Shown here: in pieces, positions 54,739 to 64,000 of the stretch
Layout of the letters: each line of letters opens with the position of its first letter
Position numbering within the stretch: position 1 is the stretch's first letter
Assembly: GCA_007376395.1 (NCBI GenBank)
Contig: VMGE01000001.1
Span: forward strand, 89,635 to 153,634
Length of the DNA stretch: 64,000 bases
Reading direction: 5' to 3'
Source of the DNA: Microgenomates group bacterium Gr01-1014_5
GTDB lineage: Bacteria > Patescibacteriota > Microgenomatia > UBA8517 > UBA10165
Notes under the pieces: generated by a model
Told to the model about the DNA's origin: nothing
What the model saw: only the letters and a program-made list of their open reading frames with translations
The model's database searches: none
Program-made: the position numbers and the translations under genes

Positions 54739-55489
54739 TGGCAATAAATACATCTAATATTGAAGTTTTTCCGCCCTCAAGCACAGTCCAGTCACCCGCC
54801 TGATTATTATAGACAAGTGCCGCCCCTTCCATGTTTACTGTTCCCTTAAATGTTTTTGCTACTACTGTCTTGGTAAATACACCATAAGGACCCCCTGTAA
54901 CCTCGCCAGGTGCCGTATCAGGCAAGCCAAACGTCCCCATTGTCAGATAATAACCCTTGGGCATGTTTCCGGAAAGTGTAAATTTCCCGTCTGCTGAAGT
55001 AATCTTAGTCGGATTTTGCTGCAAGTTAAATCCTGTTTCGAATTTATACACCAATTTTCCTTTAGTGTCCCTAAAACGAATGGTAAAAGTTCCCTGCTCG
55101 ACCCCTTCGTCATAGCGGCATTTGCCTGAAGAACAAGTACCCAAAAGAAGATCCCTTTCAACACTTGTTTTACCTGCAATATCCTTAACATTTCCCGGAA
55201 CTCCCTGTGTTATCCCTGAATCAACGGTATAAACCAACTCATACTCCATTGTTGCGGCATCCTTAGGCAATTTACTGACCACTAAATGCAGTTCGCGTCC
55301 GTCAATGCGGGGAGTTAGCGAAGCGTAGGGCTTTTGACTTACAGGAAGTTCTTTTAGTGTTTCTTCTTTTCCTTTAGTTTCGTTTGTTTGAGTAGGAGTT
55401 TTACTTTGACCTTTCAAAAACCAAAAGACACCAGTTAATATTCCAAGACCAACTAAAACAACAATTGTAATGGGCAGAACTCTGTTCAT
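54731..55489 (-). CDS. Hypothetical membrane-anchored exported protein
   Basis: N-terminal TM helix; LLLGTCSSGKCRYDEGV motif. Confidence 0.75.
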   Translation of the reverse strand: MNRVLPITIVVLVGLGILTGVFWFLKGQSKTPTQTNETKGKEETLKELPVSQKPYASLTPRIDGRELHLVVSKLPKDAATMEYELVYTVDSGITQGVPGNVKDIAGKTSVERDLLLGTCSSGKCRYDEGVEQGTFTIRFRDTKGKLVYKFETGFNLQQNPTKITSADGKFTLSGNMPKGYYLTMGTFGLPDTAPGEVTGGPYGVFTKTVVAKTFKGTVNMEGAALVYNNQAGDWTVLEGGKTSILDVFIATK

Positions 55490-55511
55490 TGTATCTTTGT
55501 GATTATATCGG

Positions 55512-56819
55512 CTATATTTTATTTTGGAGCCAATCCGAAAGTTTGTCAACCTCTACTCTTACTTGAGCTGTTGTGTCCCTGTCGCGGATTGTGACTGTAT
55601 TATCTTCTAGGGTTTTGTAATCGACAGTAATACACCAAGGCGTTCCGATTTCGTCTTGGGCATAATACCTTTTACCAATATTGCCTCTATCATCCCAATC
55701 AGCTGAAAAATTAGATTTTAGAGAGTCGTAAACTTCTCGAGCTTTATTTACTACGTCTTCTTTGTTTCCTACGAGAGGGAACACGGCAACTTTATATGGA
55801 GCGAGTTTTGGAGAAAGTTTCAAATACACCCTGTCTCCGTCTTCGGTATAAGAGTCTAGCAGTAGAAAAAGGAAAGAGCGGTCAACTCCGGCAGAAGTTT
55901 CTATATCCCAAGGAATATATTTTTCTCCAGTTTCAGGATCTGTGTAATTCATATCCTGTCCTGAATATAGCTCATGACGTGCTAAATCCCAATCTCCCCT
56001 GTGATGAATCCCCATAAATTCGTCCCAACCCCAAGGGGCGTTATATTCTATGTCTGTAGCAGCCCTTGCATAATGAGCACGCTTGTCTGGTTCATGATCG
56101 CGAAATCTGAGATTTTCTTTCTTAAGTCCTAAAGATAAATACCAATCCATTCTGTTTTGCTTCCAATATTCAAACCATTTTTCACCTTCTTTTTCATCAG
56201 GCTTAATATAAAACTGGGTCTCCATTTGCTCAAATTCTCGGGATCTGAAAATAAAATTTCCAGGAGTTATTTCGTTTCGAAAAGCTTTTCCCATTTGTGC
56301 AACTCCAAAAGGAACTCTTACTCTGGTTGAATCTAAAACGTTTTTGAAATTAACATGAACACCGTTGGTTATCTCTCCGCGCAGATACAATTCTGATTGT
56401 TTATCTTCTAGTACTCCCAAATAAGCTTTTACCAGAAGGTTGAATGTTTGTGGCTCAGTCCACTCAACTTTTTCACCTTTGTGAAAGTTCTCGTGTTCCT
56501 TAATTTCTTCTTCTTTGTCAGATCTAAATCTTTTGTGGCAAAGTTTACATTCGACGAGAGGATCGGCAAAAGCTTCTGTATGTCCCGAAGCCTCCCATGC
56601 ACGAGGATTCATCATGATTGCTGCGTCCATACCCACCATATCGTCTCTCATTTGGACAACATCTTTCCACCACAAATCTTTTAAGTTTTTCTTTAAAAGG
56701 GAGCCTGTCGGACCATAGTCCCATGTACCAGCAAGACCACCATAAATTTCTGACCCCGGAAAAACAAATCCCCGGCGCTTGGCCAAGGAAACTATCTTTT
56801 GCATTTTGTCATCTGTCAT
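55512..56819 (-). CDS. glyS: Glycine--tRNA ligase, homodimeric type
   Basis: KRRGFVFPGSEIYGG, FRNEITP.NFIFR.REFEQME, IGKRY..QDEIGTP. Confidence 0.98.
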   Translation of the reverse strand: MTDDKMQKIVSLAKRRGFVFPGSEIYGGLAGTWDYGPTGSLLKKNLKDLWWKDVVQMRDDMVGMDAAIMMNPRAWEASGHTEAFADPLVECKLCHKRFRSDKEEEIKEHENFHKGEKVEWTEPQTFNLLVKAYLGVLEDKQSELYLRGEITNGVHVNFKNVLDSTRVRVPFGVAQMGKAFRNEITPGNFIFRSREFEQMETQFYIKPDEKEGEKWFEYWKQNRMDWYLSLGLKKENLRFRDHEPDKRAHYARAATDIEYNAPWGWDEFMGIHHRGDWDLARHELYSGQDMNYTDPETGEKYIPWDIETSAGVDRSFLFLLLDSYTEDGDRVYLKLSPKLAPYKVAVFPLVGNKEDVVNKAREVYDSLKSNFSADWDDRGNIGKRYYAQDEIGTPWCITVDYKTLEDNTVTIRDRDTTAQVRVEVDKLSDWLQNKI

Positions 56820-56893
56820 ATTTTATTTTTGAGAATTCTTAACCTCTGTCCGCTTTTCTTTCCGTGTTTGCCACAGACATATTATACCCTACT

Positions 56894-57058
56894 TTATCCC
56901 CCTTCGAGAAACATCGAGAGCGTTAGCTCGTGCCTCTGAGCGAAGTGTTATTCGCTTCGGTCGTACGTCGCCAAAGGCTATGCCGACGGCGCGAGGGATT
57001 CTGCCTCCCTACGAAGTGTGGGGAGAAAATACCCTGACCGTCAGGTCACGGGAGCTTC
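56894..57058 (+). mobile_element. Structured repeat family A, copy 2 (with a 33-nt internal insertion), overlapping the recO stop
   Basis: Homologous to 21975-22104. Confidence 0.6.
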
Positions 57059-57627
57059 GTTCCATTGGAAACAAACTCGTTAATTTGCGCAAGAAACTTA
57101 TTGGTTCTCAACTTTCCATCGATCAAATGCTCAATGTATGCGTCCAGATTTCCAGGTATCGGGCGACCTCGTTCTATAAAGCCAAGTTCTTCCAATATCC
57201 GTACTTTGAACGTTTGAACAAAAGGGTGAATTGCCCAATAATCTAGTTTACCGAGTCTTTCCAAGGCTTCGACTAACTCTTCAAACACTTCCCGGTTTTC
57301 CTGTTTTTCGGCAGTTAACCGGTTCACTATTTCTACTAAGTGGTACGCTATTGCAACCTTTGTTAAATCCTCCCGCCACGTATTAAAACTATTTTTTATC
57401 TCAACTTCCGTTACAATATCCATATTTCTCCCATAAGCTGCAAAAAAACGTACATAAGAAAAAAGCTCTAAAGCTCCTTTTTTGCGGGAAGTTGTTTTTC
57501 TAATTCCCTTGGCAATAACCCGTACCTTGCCGTAATGTTTGGTAAATATTGTTAAAAAACGATCTGCCTCTCCCTGGTTACGGCGTGCAAGAATTACTCC
57601 TTCGGTAGAATACGATCGATTTTTCAC
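57046..57627 (-). CDS. recO: DNA repair protein RecO
   Basis: EGVIL...GEADR.LTIFT..YGKV...AKGIRK..SR. Confidence 0.93.
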   Translation of the reverse strand: MKNRSYSTEGVILARRNQGEADRFLTIFTKHYGKVRVIAKGIRKTTSRKKGALELFSYVRFFAAYGRNMDIVTEVEIKNSFNTWREDLTKVAIAYHLVEIVNRLTAEKQENREVFEELVEALERLGKLDYWAIHPFVQTFKVRILEELGFIERGRPIPGNLDAYIEHLIDGKLRTNKFLAQINEFVSNGTKLP

Positions 57628-57650
57628 AAGTAATTTTACTACAAGAAGGG

Positions 57651-59666
57651 TTAGTGGCGAATTTCGCGGTCGGACTTGAGATAAAATTCTTCACTTGTGC
57701 CATCTATATCAACGTTGTAAAGATGGCCGTCTGTTCCTGGTTGTTTTTGAATTAGTAATTTGTATCCATCTTTGCTTTTAACCGGAGTTGTGTATTTAAA
57801 AGTTAACTCAATAACTCCCAAGGGCCGCAATGTAAAGAATCCTTCAAAATAAGTTTTTCCCAGCTCCTCTTTGGTCTCAATTGGAACTTCAGAACCGGTT
57901 GAATCAACCAACTTTGATCCTTTGGGTACATAGACTCGCACCCAATCACGGTATGGTCCGTTAAGCCACCCGTCGTGTTTTTGCGGGTTTTTATATTTAA
58001 CTCTTAAAGTATTTGTCGTGCCGTCACGATTAGTATCTATACTTAGAGTAACTTCCTCCTGAACATAAAGGTTTGACTTAGCGCCAGCAAAATTAGTGTC
58101 GTTAATATGTAAATAATCTCCGTCAAATTCTTCAACTCGCCCTGCAAGATTAAACGACTCCATGGCGGATTGAACCTCTCCGTCACCAAAATAGAAAAGT
58201 ACGTGTTTTTCCGTTAAAGCATTAAAACCCGCTTGAAACAGCTCAGGAATTTTTTCCTTTGGCTGACCCAAGGCATTAGCAATCAATGAATTCATCAAAG
58301 GGCCCAAGATTGCTTTTCTGTTATCTGAGTTCTTGGGTTTTAAGATGATCTTTCCACCTAAATCATCAGCCCAAATAATAGGACCTTCAACATCAGCAAA
58401 CGACTCTAGCTCGTAGATGACTACGGGGCAGTTACAGCGAGGATCCTCATCTGAAGAAAAATTACCAAACCCAGGAACGCCAATTCTGCCGATAACCTTC
58501 AAGATGTCAACGGCTAATTTAGTGTCAATTGCGATAATACCGTCAACCTTTGGAGATTTTGTTTTGTCGTAATTCTCGCGGAAAGTATCCATAGAAACCT
58601 TAAAATCAGGAGAAATGTTCATATCGCGAAGATTCCAGTATGGTACTAAAGGAAGGTATTTTTTAATCCCTCCTGGAGCAGGAATTTTACTTTTCAGCTT
58701 GTTGTCCAGGTTGTAAATATCATTTGAGGCAACCGGATCAAATTTACCGTTCTTAACTTTTACAATAGAATATCCGGTGATAAAGCCGCCTGTTGGGCGA
58801 AGTTCTTTGTCGTTTTGGAAAATCATTAAATATGTCCTCTCTCCTTTAGTTCCGAGAAGATAAGGGGCTTGCGCAAGAACAGGTTTACCGTCTGTAATTA
58901 AATTATGAGCTTGCTGAACCAGTTGAATTCCGCGTTTTATAGGTTCACGGACGGGCTTTCCTTTTAGTGTTTCAGGGTAGCGTTTTGGATCAATTTTGGC
59001 AAAATGTTCATTCATTATTGCCGTCTTTTGGCTGACTTTATCAAGTTGAGGTATAACCCCTTCTATGGATTCGACTATAAAATTAATTCTGTCTTCGGCA
59101 GTCTTTGCGCCATCCTCTGATTGCTTACCTTTGTTAAAACCTAATATATCTGAATAGGGCTCAATTGCTTTCAACAAAACTTCTCCAGCCTCGACACCTG
59201 CAATTGCGCCTTCTGCGGCATTGTTTGCGTCAGACCAGTAACCACCCAAAAACGGAATAGGTTTCACCCAAATCAAAGGAAGCAGGCTTCTGTCAAAACC
59301 CGTAAGATCTGTCTTTAATTTAGCGAGAGAAACGTTTATTTTATCCAAGTCTTGTGAATCTGCTGCCGCCTTAAGTTCCAAGCCTGAAGCCTGAAGATTT
59401 TTCGCCGAATTAACAATTGCAAATAATGGAACGCCTATCGCCAGAGCCAGAATAGCCAACACCACCAAAACTCCCCCGCCCGCAAATCCTAATTTCTTTC
59501 CCCTAATTTTAGGAAACGAGAAATTGAACCGGCCTGGTGGTTTTTGTTCAGGAAACGCTTGAAACCCTGCATCGCGCGCTTCGGGCGTTACAACGTTAGT
59601 TGGTACTACAACCTTAGTTGGTACTATTTGGTTGAGATTATTTTCTTTTGGCGTTAAGTCTTTCAT
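57651..59666 (-). CDS. DUF4012-like membrane-anchored protein
   Basis: YLMIFQND.ELRPTGGFI, RDMN.SPDF, KSN; start taken at MKDLTPK. Confidence 0.8.
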   Translation of the reverse strand: MKDLTPKENNLNQIVPTKVVVPTNVVTPEARDAGFQAFPEQKPPGRFNFSFPKIRGKKLGFAGGGVLVVLAILALAIGVPLFAIVNSAKNLQASGLELKAAADSQDLDKINVSLAKLKTDLTGFDRSLLPLIWVKPIPFLGGYWSDANNAAEGAIAGVEAGEVLLKAIEPYSDILGFNKGKQSEDGAKTAEDRINFIVESIEGVIPQLDKVSQKTAIMNEHFAKIDPKRYPETLKGKPVREPIKRGIQLVQQAHNLITDGKPVLAQAPYLLGTKGERTYLMIFQNDKELRPTGGFITGYSIVKVKNGKFDPVASNDIYNLDNKLKSKIPAPGGIKKYLPLVPYWNLRDMNISPDFKVSMDTFRENYDKTKSPKVDGIIAIDTKLAVDILKVIGRIGVPGFGNFSSDEDPRCNCPVVIYELESFADVEGPIIWADDLGGKIILKPKNSDNRKAILGPLMNSLIANALGQPKEKIPELFQAGFNALTEKHVLFYFGDGEVQSAMESFNLAGRVEEFDGDYLHINDTNFAGAKSNLYVQEEVTLSIDTNRDGTTNTLRVKYKNPQKHDGWLNGPYRDWVRVYVPKGSKLVDSTGSEVPIETKEELGKTYFEGFFTLRPLGVIELTFKYTTPVKSKDGYKLLIQKQPGTDGHLYNVDIDGTSEEFYLKSDREIRH

Positions 59667-59702
59667 AACTTTAGTTGGTACTATAACGTTAGTTGGCACT
59701 AA
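59592..59702. repeat. Four copies of an 18-bp unit AACNTTAGTTGG(T/C)ACTAN in two tandem pairs
   Basis: Units at 59592, 59610, 59667 and 59685. Confidence 0.9.
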
Positions 59703-60340
59703 ACAGCACCTCTTCCAGAAATCATCGCCCAAGGGGTTTTGATGAGGATTGTTAAATCCATCCAGAAATTTTTGTTCTTAGAATAATATGCATCAAGTGC
59801 TATACGTTTGTCAAAATTTATATTCGAACGACCGGAAACTTGCCACATCCCGGTAATTCCCGGCTTAGCTGATAAAACGTCTTCTATATATTTCTTTGTT
59901 TGAGGATATTTTTCTTGTTGTTCAGCTAGCTCATCGGCATAATACGGCCTTGGTCCGATAAGAGCCATCTCCCCTTTAATTACGTTTAAAAGTTGGGGCA
60001 TTTCGTCCACAGAAAACCTGCGAATTAGTTGCCCGCCGTATATAAGACGCGGGTCGTCATGAAGTTTATAACTACCTTTTTTATACTGCTCATAGAGTTT
60101 TTTTAACTTTGGGTCAGTACGCATTAATTCGTGCGCGTTGGGAATCATTGAACGGAATTTATAGGCATAGAAGAGCGAGCCATTCTTTCCTACCCTTTTT
60201 GGAGTATCGGCAAAGACTGGCCCTTCCGAAGAAATAAGTTTTATCCACAAGACAGTCAATACCATTACCGGCCAAAAAAGTAGCAACAGAAATATAGAAA
60301 ATCCAGTTTCAAAAATTCTTTTAAACAAGTCGTAATTCAT
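59699..60340 (-). CDS. Sugar transferase (polyprenyl-phosphate glycosylphosphotransferase)
   Basis: YKFRSM, DDPR, DEMPQL.NV.KGEM.LIGPRP, KPGITG.WQVSGR. Confidence 0.95.
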   Translation of the reverse strand: MNYDLFKRIFETGFSIFLLLLFWPVMVLTVLWIKLISSEGPVFADTPKRVGKNGSLFYAYKFRSMIPNAHELMRTDPKLKKLYEQYKKGSYKLHDDPRLIYGGQLIRRFSVDEMPQLLNVIKGEMALIGPRPYYADELAEQQEKYPQTKKYIEDVLSAKPGITGMWQVSGRSNINFDKRIALDAYYSKNKNFWMDLTILIKTPWAMISGRGAV

Positions 60341-61458
60341 TGGGCAATTAAATCTTTTGTTAGTTTACCAAAATCCATAAGAAATTTCTCTTTCGTAAAA
60401 CGCAGAGCGCTGGCAATACAATCTTCTCTCTTAAAATTTGCAGGGTCAAAACTCATTAAAGCCTCTTTCAGCGAATTAACAGTTCGCGAATCAAAAAAAA
60501 TTCCAGTCTTGTTCTCAATAACCGTTTCTAAAGCTCCCCCTGCATGGTAGGCGATAACAGGTTTTCCTGCGGCTTGCGCCTCTACCGCTACAATCCCGAA
60601 ATCTTCGCTTTGAGGAAAAATTAGGGCTTTTGCGCCTTGGTAATAAAATGGCAGGTCTTGTTCAGTGACTGCGCCGGTAAAATATATATTTTTCCCTGCC
60701 TTATTTTGTAATCTTTTCTGTTCACTTCCGGTACCAATAACGACCAATGGCCACTTTAATTGATTAAAGGCTTCGATAACTAAATCCGTTTTTTTATAAG
60801 GAACCAGACGTCCAACAACAAGGAAGTACCGACCCCAAGCTATACCGTTTTTCTCCAGTTTCGATTTCACTCTCCAATTAGTAATCTTTTTTGAATAGCG
60901 ATCCGTGTCTACCGGTGGGTAAATCACTTCGCTTTTTATACCGTAATACTCACGAGTCCGCCTGAATACTTCCTGGGAAATACTGATAATTTTATCAGGT
61001 CGATGTGCAGCCATTAAATCCCATGAACGCAAGTAAGAAACTATTGGACGGGAGGCAAGCCTCTTTAAACTGTTGTTGAAATACTCGCTATAACCACTCC
61101 AAAGATAGCGTGTCGGAGTTAAAAGATAACAGAGGTGGTATGTACCGGGGCCGGTAATAATTCCTTTTGCCGCCTCTGAAGTAACAGAAATTACTAATTG
61201 ATAATTAGAAAAATCAAAAGTTTCAAAGGCTATGGGCATTAAAAATGGAAACAGCTCGTGCCTCTTGGCGGCGCCAGGAATCTTTTGTAAAAACGAAGAG
61301 TAGATTTGCCTAAACACCCGGGTCCAGGGAGCAGTATTTGAATTGAAGACAGATGTGTAGAGAGGAGCCTCTGGAAATAGTTCATGGAGGGCAAGTAATA
61401 CTCTTTCTGCACCTCCCCATTTATTAACGCGATCGTAAACTAAAGCAACTTTCATCAA
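60337..61458 (-). CDS. Glycosyltransferase family 4
   Basis: GGAERVL, GRLVPYK, EDFGIVAVEAQAAGKPVIA. Confidence 0.94.
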   Translation of the reverse strand: MMKVALVYDRVNKWGGAERVLLALHELFPEAPLYTSVFNSNTAPWTRVFRQIYSSFLQKIPGAAKRHELFPFLMPIAFETFDFSNYQLVISVTSEAAKGIITGPGTYHLCYLLTPTRYLWSGYSEYFNNSLKRLASRPIVSYLRSWDLMAAHRPDKIISISQEVFRRTREYYGIKSEVIYPPVDTDRYSKKITNWRVKSKLEKNGIAWGRYFLVVGRLVPYKKTDLVIEAFNQLKWPLVVIGTGSEQKRLQNKAGKNIYFTGAVTEQDLPFYYQGAKALIFPQSEDFGIVAVEAQAAGKPVIAYHAGGALETVIENKTGIFFDSRTVNSLKEALMSFDPANFKREDCIASALRFTKEKFLMDFGKLTKDLIAQ

Positions 61459-62573
61459 TTTTGTCGTAGGGAGTTGTAAACCGTCAACGTCTCCTTAGCC
61501 ATTTTTTCCCAAGAAAACTTTTTAACTCTTTCCTTCCCTTTCCTGATAAGAAGTTTGGGCAAACTCTCTCCACTAATTATTTGCCTTATCTTTGCGGCTA
61601 TGTCTATTTCACTTCTAGGGTTAAAATAAACAGCCGCGTCGCCATAAATTTCTTTTAATACCGGTATGTCTGATGCCATTACAGGTGTACCATATGCCAT
61701 CGCCTCAAGACCTGGTAAACCAAAACCTTCGGAAAGGCTAGGAAAAATATATCCTTGGGACGCTTTGTAAAGCGTAGCCAAATCTTTATCCGGAATATAC
61801 CCTACCATTTTGACTAAATTATCAGCTTTAATCTCTTTTAAGAAAGTCTCAAATCTCTTCATAAAAACATTCCGCGCTGAAACTATAACAAGTAAAGGAG
61901 AAGGTTGAACGAGTGTTTTTAAAGCACGTGCGACAATTTCAACGTTTTTGTGGGGATACAAACTACCTACATATAATATATATGGCTTTTTTATTCCATA
62001 CTTTAAGAGAGTATCTTTTTTAAAATTTATATTCAATTTTTGGAGGGTTGCGCCCTCGTAGGTCACAACCACTTTACCTGGTTGAAGTGAAAACCTATGT
62101 ATTAAATCCTTTTTAATCGTATTGGAAGGAACTATTATTTTAACAGCCCTCGAGACAGTTTTTTTAACCACAGAGCGATAAGCGATGTATTTAAAATAGT
62201 AAGCAGGTGCGGATAAAGTAGTAACACCCAAACCTTTAATTTCGTGCCACGTAAGGTCGTGTATAGTAGTTACGAATTTTCCTTTATATAAAACAGGGAC
62301 GTTAAAATGCGGCGCATGTAAAAGATCAAGGTTTTCGCGTGCTAGAATCCTTGGCAATTTTAATTGTTCTGCAAACGTATAGTGTTTTATATCAGCCAAC
62401 ACTTTCCTAAAATTTCTTCCCGAGGGTATATTGGCAAAATCAGTTGTTCTGCAAAAAAGCACGTAATCATTCTTTTTGTCTAGTTTTTGTAAATTTTGGA
62501 CTAACTCTTGGGTATAGCGACCAATTCCTCCATGTCTTACTCCCCAAATACGGCAATCAATACCGATTCTCAT
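61455..62573 (-). CDS. Glycosyltransferase family 4
   Basis: GGIGRY, TIHDL, EGFGLPGLEAMAYGTPV. Confidence 0.94.
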   Translation of the reverse strand: MRIGIDCRIWGVRHGGIGRYTQELVQNLQKLDKKNDYVLFCRTTDFANIPSGRNFRKVLADIKHYTFAEQLKLPRILARENLDLLHAPHFNVPVLYKGKFVTTIHDLTWHEIKGLGVTTLSAPAYYFKYIAYRSVVKKTVSRAVKIIVPSNTIKKDLIHRFSLQPGKVVVTYEGATLQKLNINFKKDTLLKYGIKKPYILYVGSLYPHKNVEIVARALKTLVQPSPLLVIVSARNVFMKRFETFLKEIKADNLVKMVGYIPDKDLATLYKASQGYIFPSLSEGFGLPGLEAMAYGTPVMASDIPVLKEIYGDAAVYFNPRSEIDIAAKIRQIISGESLPKLLIRKGKERVKKFSWEKMAKETLTVYNSLRQN

Positions 62574-62575
62574 TT

Positions 62576-63493
62576 TTATATCGACCCCTTTCTTCTTCTT
62601 AAAAAATTTAAAACATCTACGCCGAACAAAACTCCCAAATTCAATAAGTATGGGTATTTCTTTTGGTAATGTTTCTTATAAAATATTTTCATCGCTTCTG
62701 TTGAGGCTTTTAAAGCTCTGAGTCTGGTTTTCTCGCTGGCTAGAGATAAATTACTAGAATGTTTTTTTATTCCAGAAGAAATACCATGATAATGCAGCAC
62801 TGAAATCTCCGGCAAAAACATCACTTTCCAACCTTTTTCTTTGAGACGATAACAAAAATCTATATCCTCTCCAAATAAAAAATAATCATCATCCCACCAA
62901 CCTACTTGTTCGGCAGCCTCTCTTCTAATAAAAAAGAAACCCCCAGAAATTGCGTCGACCTCGTGTGGTTTATCGTTATCAAGCAGCCATCCTTTTGTAT
63001 AGCCGGAAAACAACTTACTTTTTGGAAAGAGTTTTTGCAGACCGGAAAAATAGGTAAAAGAATTCCATGGCGTTGGAAAACCTCTATGTGACGCAGAGGT
63101 TAATGTTCCATCAGGAAGATCTAGTCTAGGACAGCATACACCGACCGCAGGATTATTTTCCATGAATTTATATATCGTTTTTATAGTATCTTTTTGAACA
63201 CAAGTGTCAGGGTTTAAAAAAAGTACGTACTTACCTGAAGTTTCTTTTACCCCTATATTATTACCTTTTGAAAATCCATAATTGTCGGTATTAAGAATAT
63301 ATTTAAATTTGAATTCAGAAATTTTAGTTTTTTTAAGTATTTCTTGAGATCCGTCACTCGAATTATTATCAACTACAAGCACTTCTATTGTTAAGTTTAG
63401 CAAATGAGATTTTTTAATTGAGTTTAAGCAGTTAAGTAAATAACTACTTGAATTAAAATTTAAGACGACAATACTCAAGTCAAAATTTGTCAT
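62576..63493 (-). CDS. Glycosyltransferase family 2
   Basis: VVDNNSSDGS, GFSKGNN, FLNPD, EDIDFCYR. Confidence 0.94.
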   Translation of the reverse strand: MTNFDLSIVVLNFNSSSYLLNCLNSIKKSHLLNLTIEVLVVDNNSSDGSQEILKKTKISEFKFKYILNTDNYGFSKGNNIGVKETSGKYVLFLNPDTCVQKDTIKTIYKFMENNPAVGVCCPRLDLPDGTLTSASHRGFPTPWNSFTYFSGLQKLFPKSKLFSGYTKGWLLDNDKPHEVDAISGGFFFIRREAAEQVGWWDDDYFLFGEDIDFCYRLKEKGWKVMFLPEISVLHYHGISSGIKKHSSNLSLASEKTRLRALKASTEAMKIFYKKHYQKKYPYLLNLGVLFGVDVLNFLRRRKGSI

Positions 63494-64000
63494 TATTTAG
63501 ATGCAACTCTTTGGTAAATTTGATCTAATTTTTTTGCAATAACGTAATAAGTATAATTTTCGTTAACAAGAAGCCGGGCATTACGTGCTATTTTTTCATA
63601 AAGAACTTTATCAGTAAGTAATTTTATCGCCTTGTCTGCCATACCTTCAGGCGTATCAGCAATTAATACCGATTCGCCGTCTGTAGAGTTAATGCCCTCA
63701 ATCCCTATAGAAGTCGTTACTACGGGCAATTTAGCAGCCATTGCCCCTACAATCTTTACCCTCGCCCCGCTCGGACCATACAAGGGCGCAACCATAATTC
63801 CTGACGTGTGATATGCTCTCTTAACTCCTTCTATGTCGCTTATTTCTAAATTAACGATTTTCATATTCTTTGTTTTAAAATGACTTACCCTATCGGCATT
63901 TTGTCCCGAAATAATCAATTCGGCGTCCGGTATTTTTGCAAGTATTTTTGGAAATATTTTTCTTACTAAGATTTCTACTGCCTCTACATTTTGCAGCCAT
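63493..64000 (-). CDS. Glycosyltransferase family 4, C-terminal part (runs off window)
   Basis: Frame is open to the window end (WLQNVEAV...); GARVKIVGAMAAKLPVVTTSIGIEGI. Confidence 0.85.
   Translation of the reverse strand, partial: WLQNVEAVEILVRKIFPKILAKIPDAELIISGQNADRVSHFKTKNMKIVNLEISDIEGVKRAYHTSGIMVAPLYGPSGARVKIVGAMAAKLPVVTTSIGIEGINSTDGESVLIADTPEGMADKAIKLLTDKVLYEKIARNARLLVNENYTYYVIAKKLDQIYQRVASK

Noticed and set aside
56980-57246. 88-aa plus-strand ORF
   Set aside because: It starts inside repeat family A and runs antisense to recO.

Overview
This is a 64-kb chromosomal window from a reduced-genome bacterium. Gene content, compact dcw cluster, leaderless-type starts and the repeat repertoire suggest CPR/Patescibacteria, probably Microgenomates-like; this is inferred, not searched. 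Most genes are housekeeping genes on the minus strand: glycolysis (gpmI, eno, ppsA-like, PGI/PMI), holA, ruvC, rplS, dnaE, gatCAB, polX, pyrB, a MacAB-like ABC exporter, lepB, parB, rpmA/rplU, rodA, ileS, the mraZ-ftsZ cluster, glyS, recO and a glycosyltransferase cluster. There are four tRNAs: Asp, Gly, Thr and Val. The most unusual signals are: (1) a wHTH+Cas2-like (PaaX-like) gene bracketed symmetrically by two homologous 32-bp palindromes with compensatory substitutions; (2) an intact tRNA-Gly(CCC) nested between the two halves of a second tRNA-like shell; (3) a ~2.1-kb IS1595-type element with a truncated transposase, carrying an NYN RNase behind a promoter-proximal terminator, a small ORF and an ADP-ribosyltransferase-like ORF; (4) two families of structured non-coding repeats with covariation; and (5) REP-like palindromes and heptamer repeats translated in-frame inside housekeeping proteins. 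No CRISPR array was found. All protein calls come from motif recognition by eye, without database searches.
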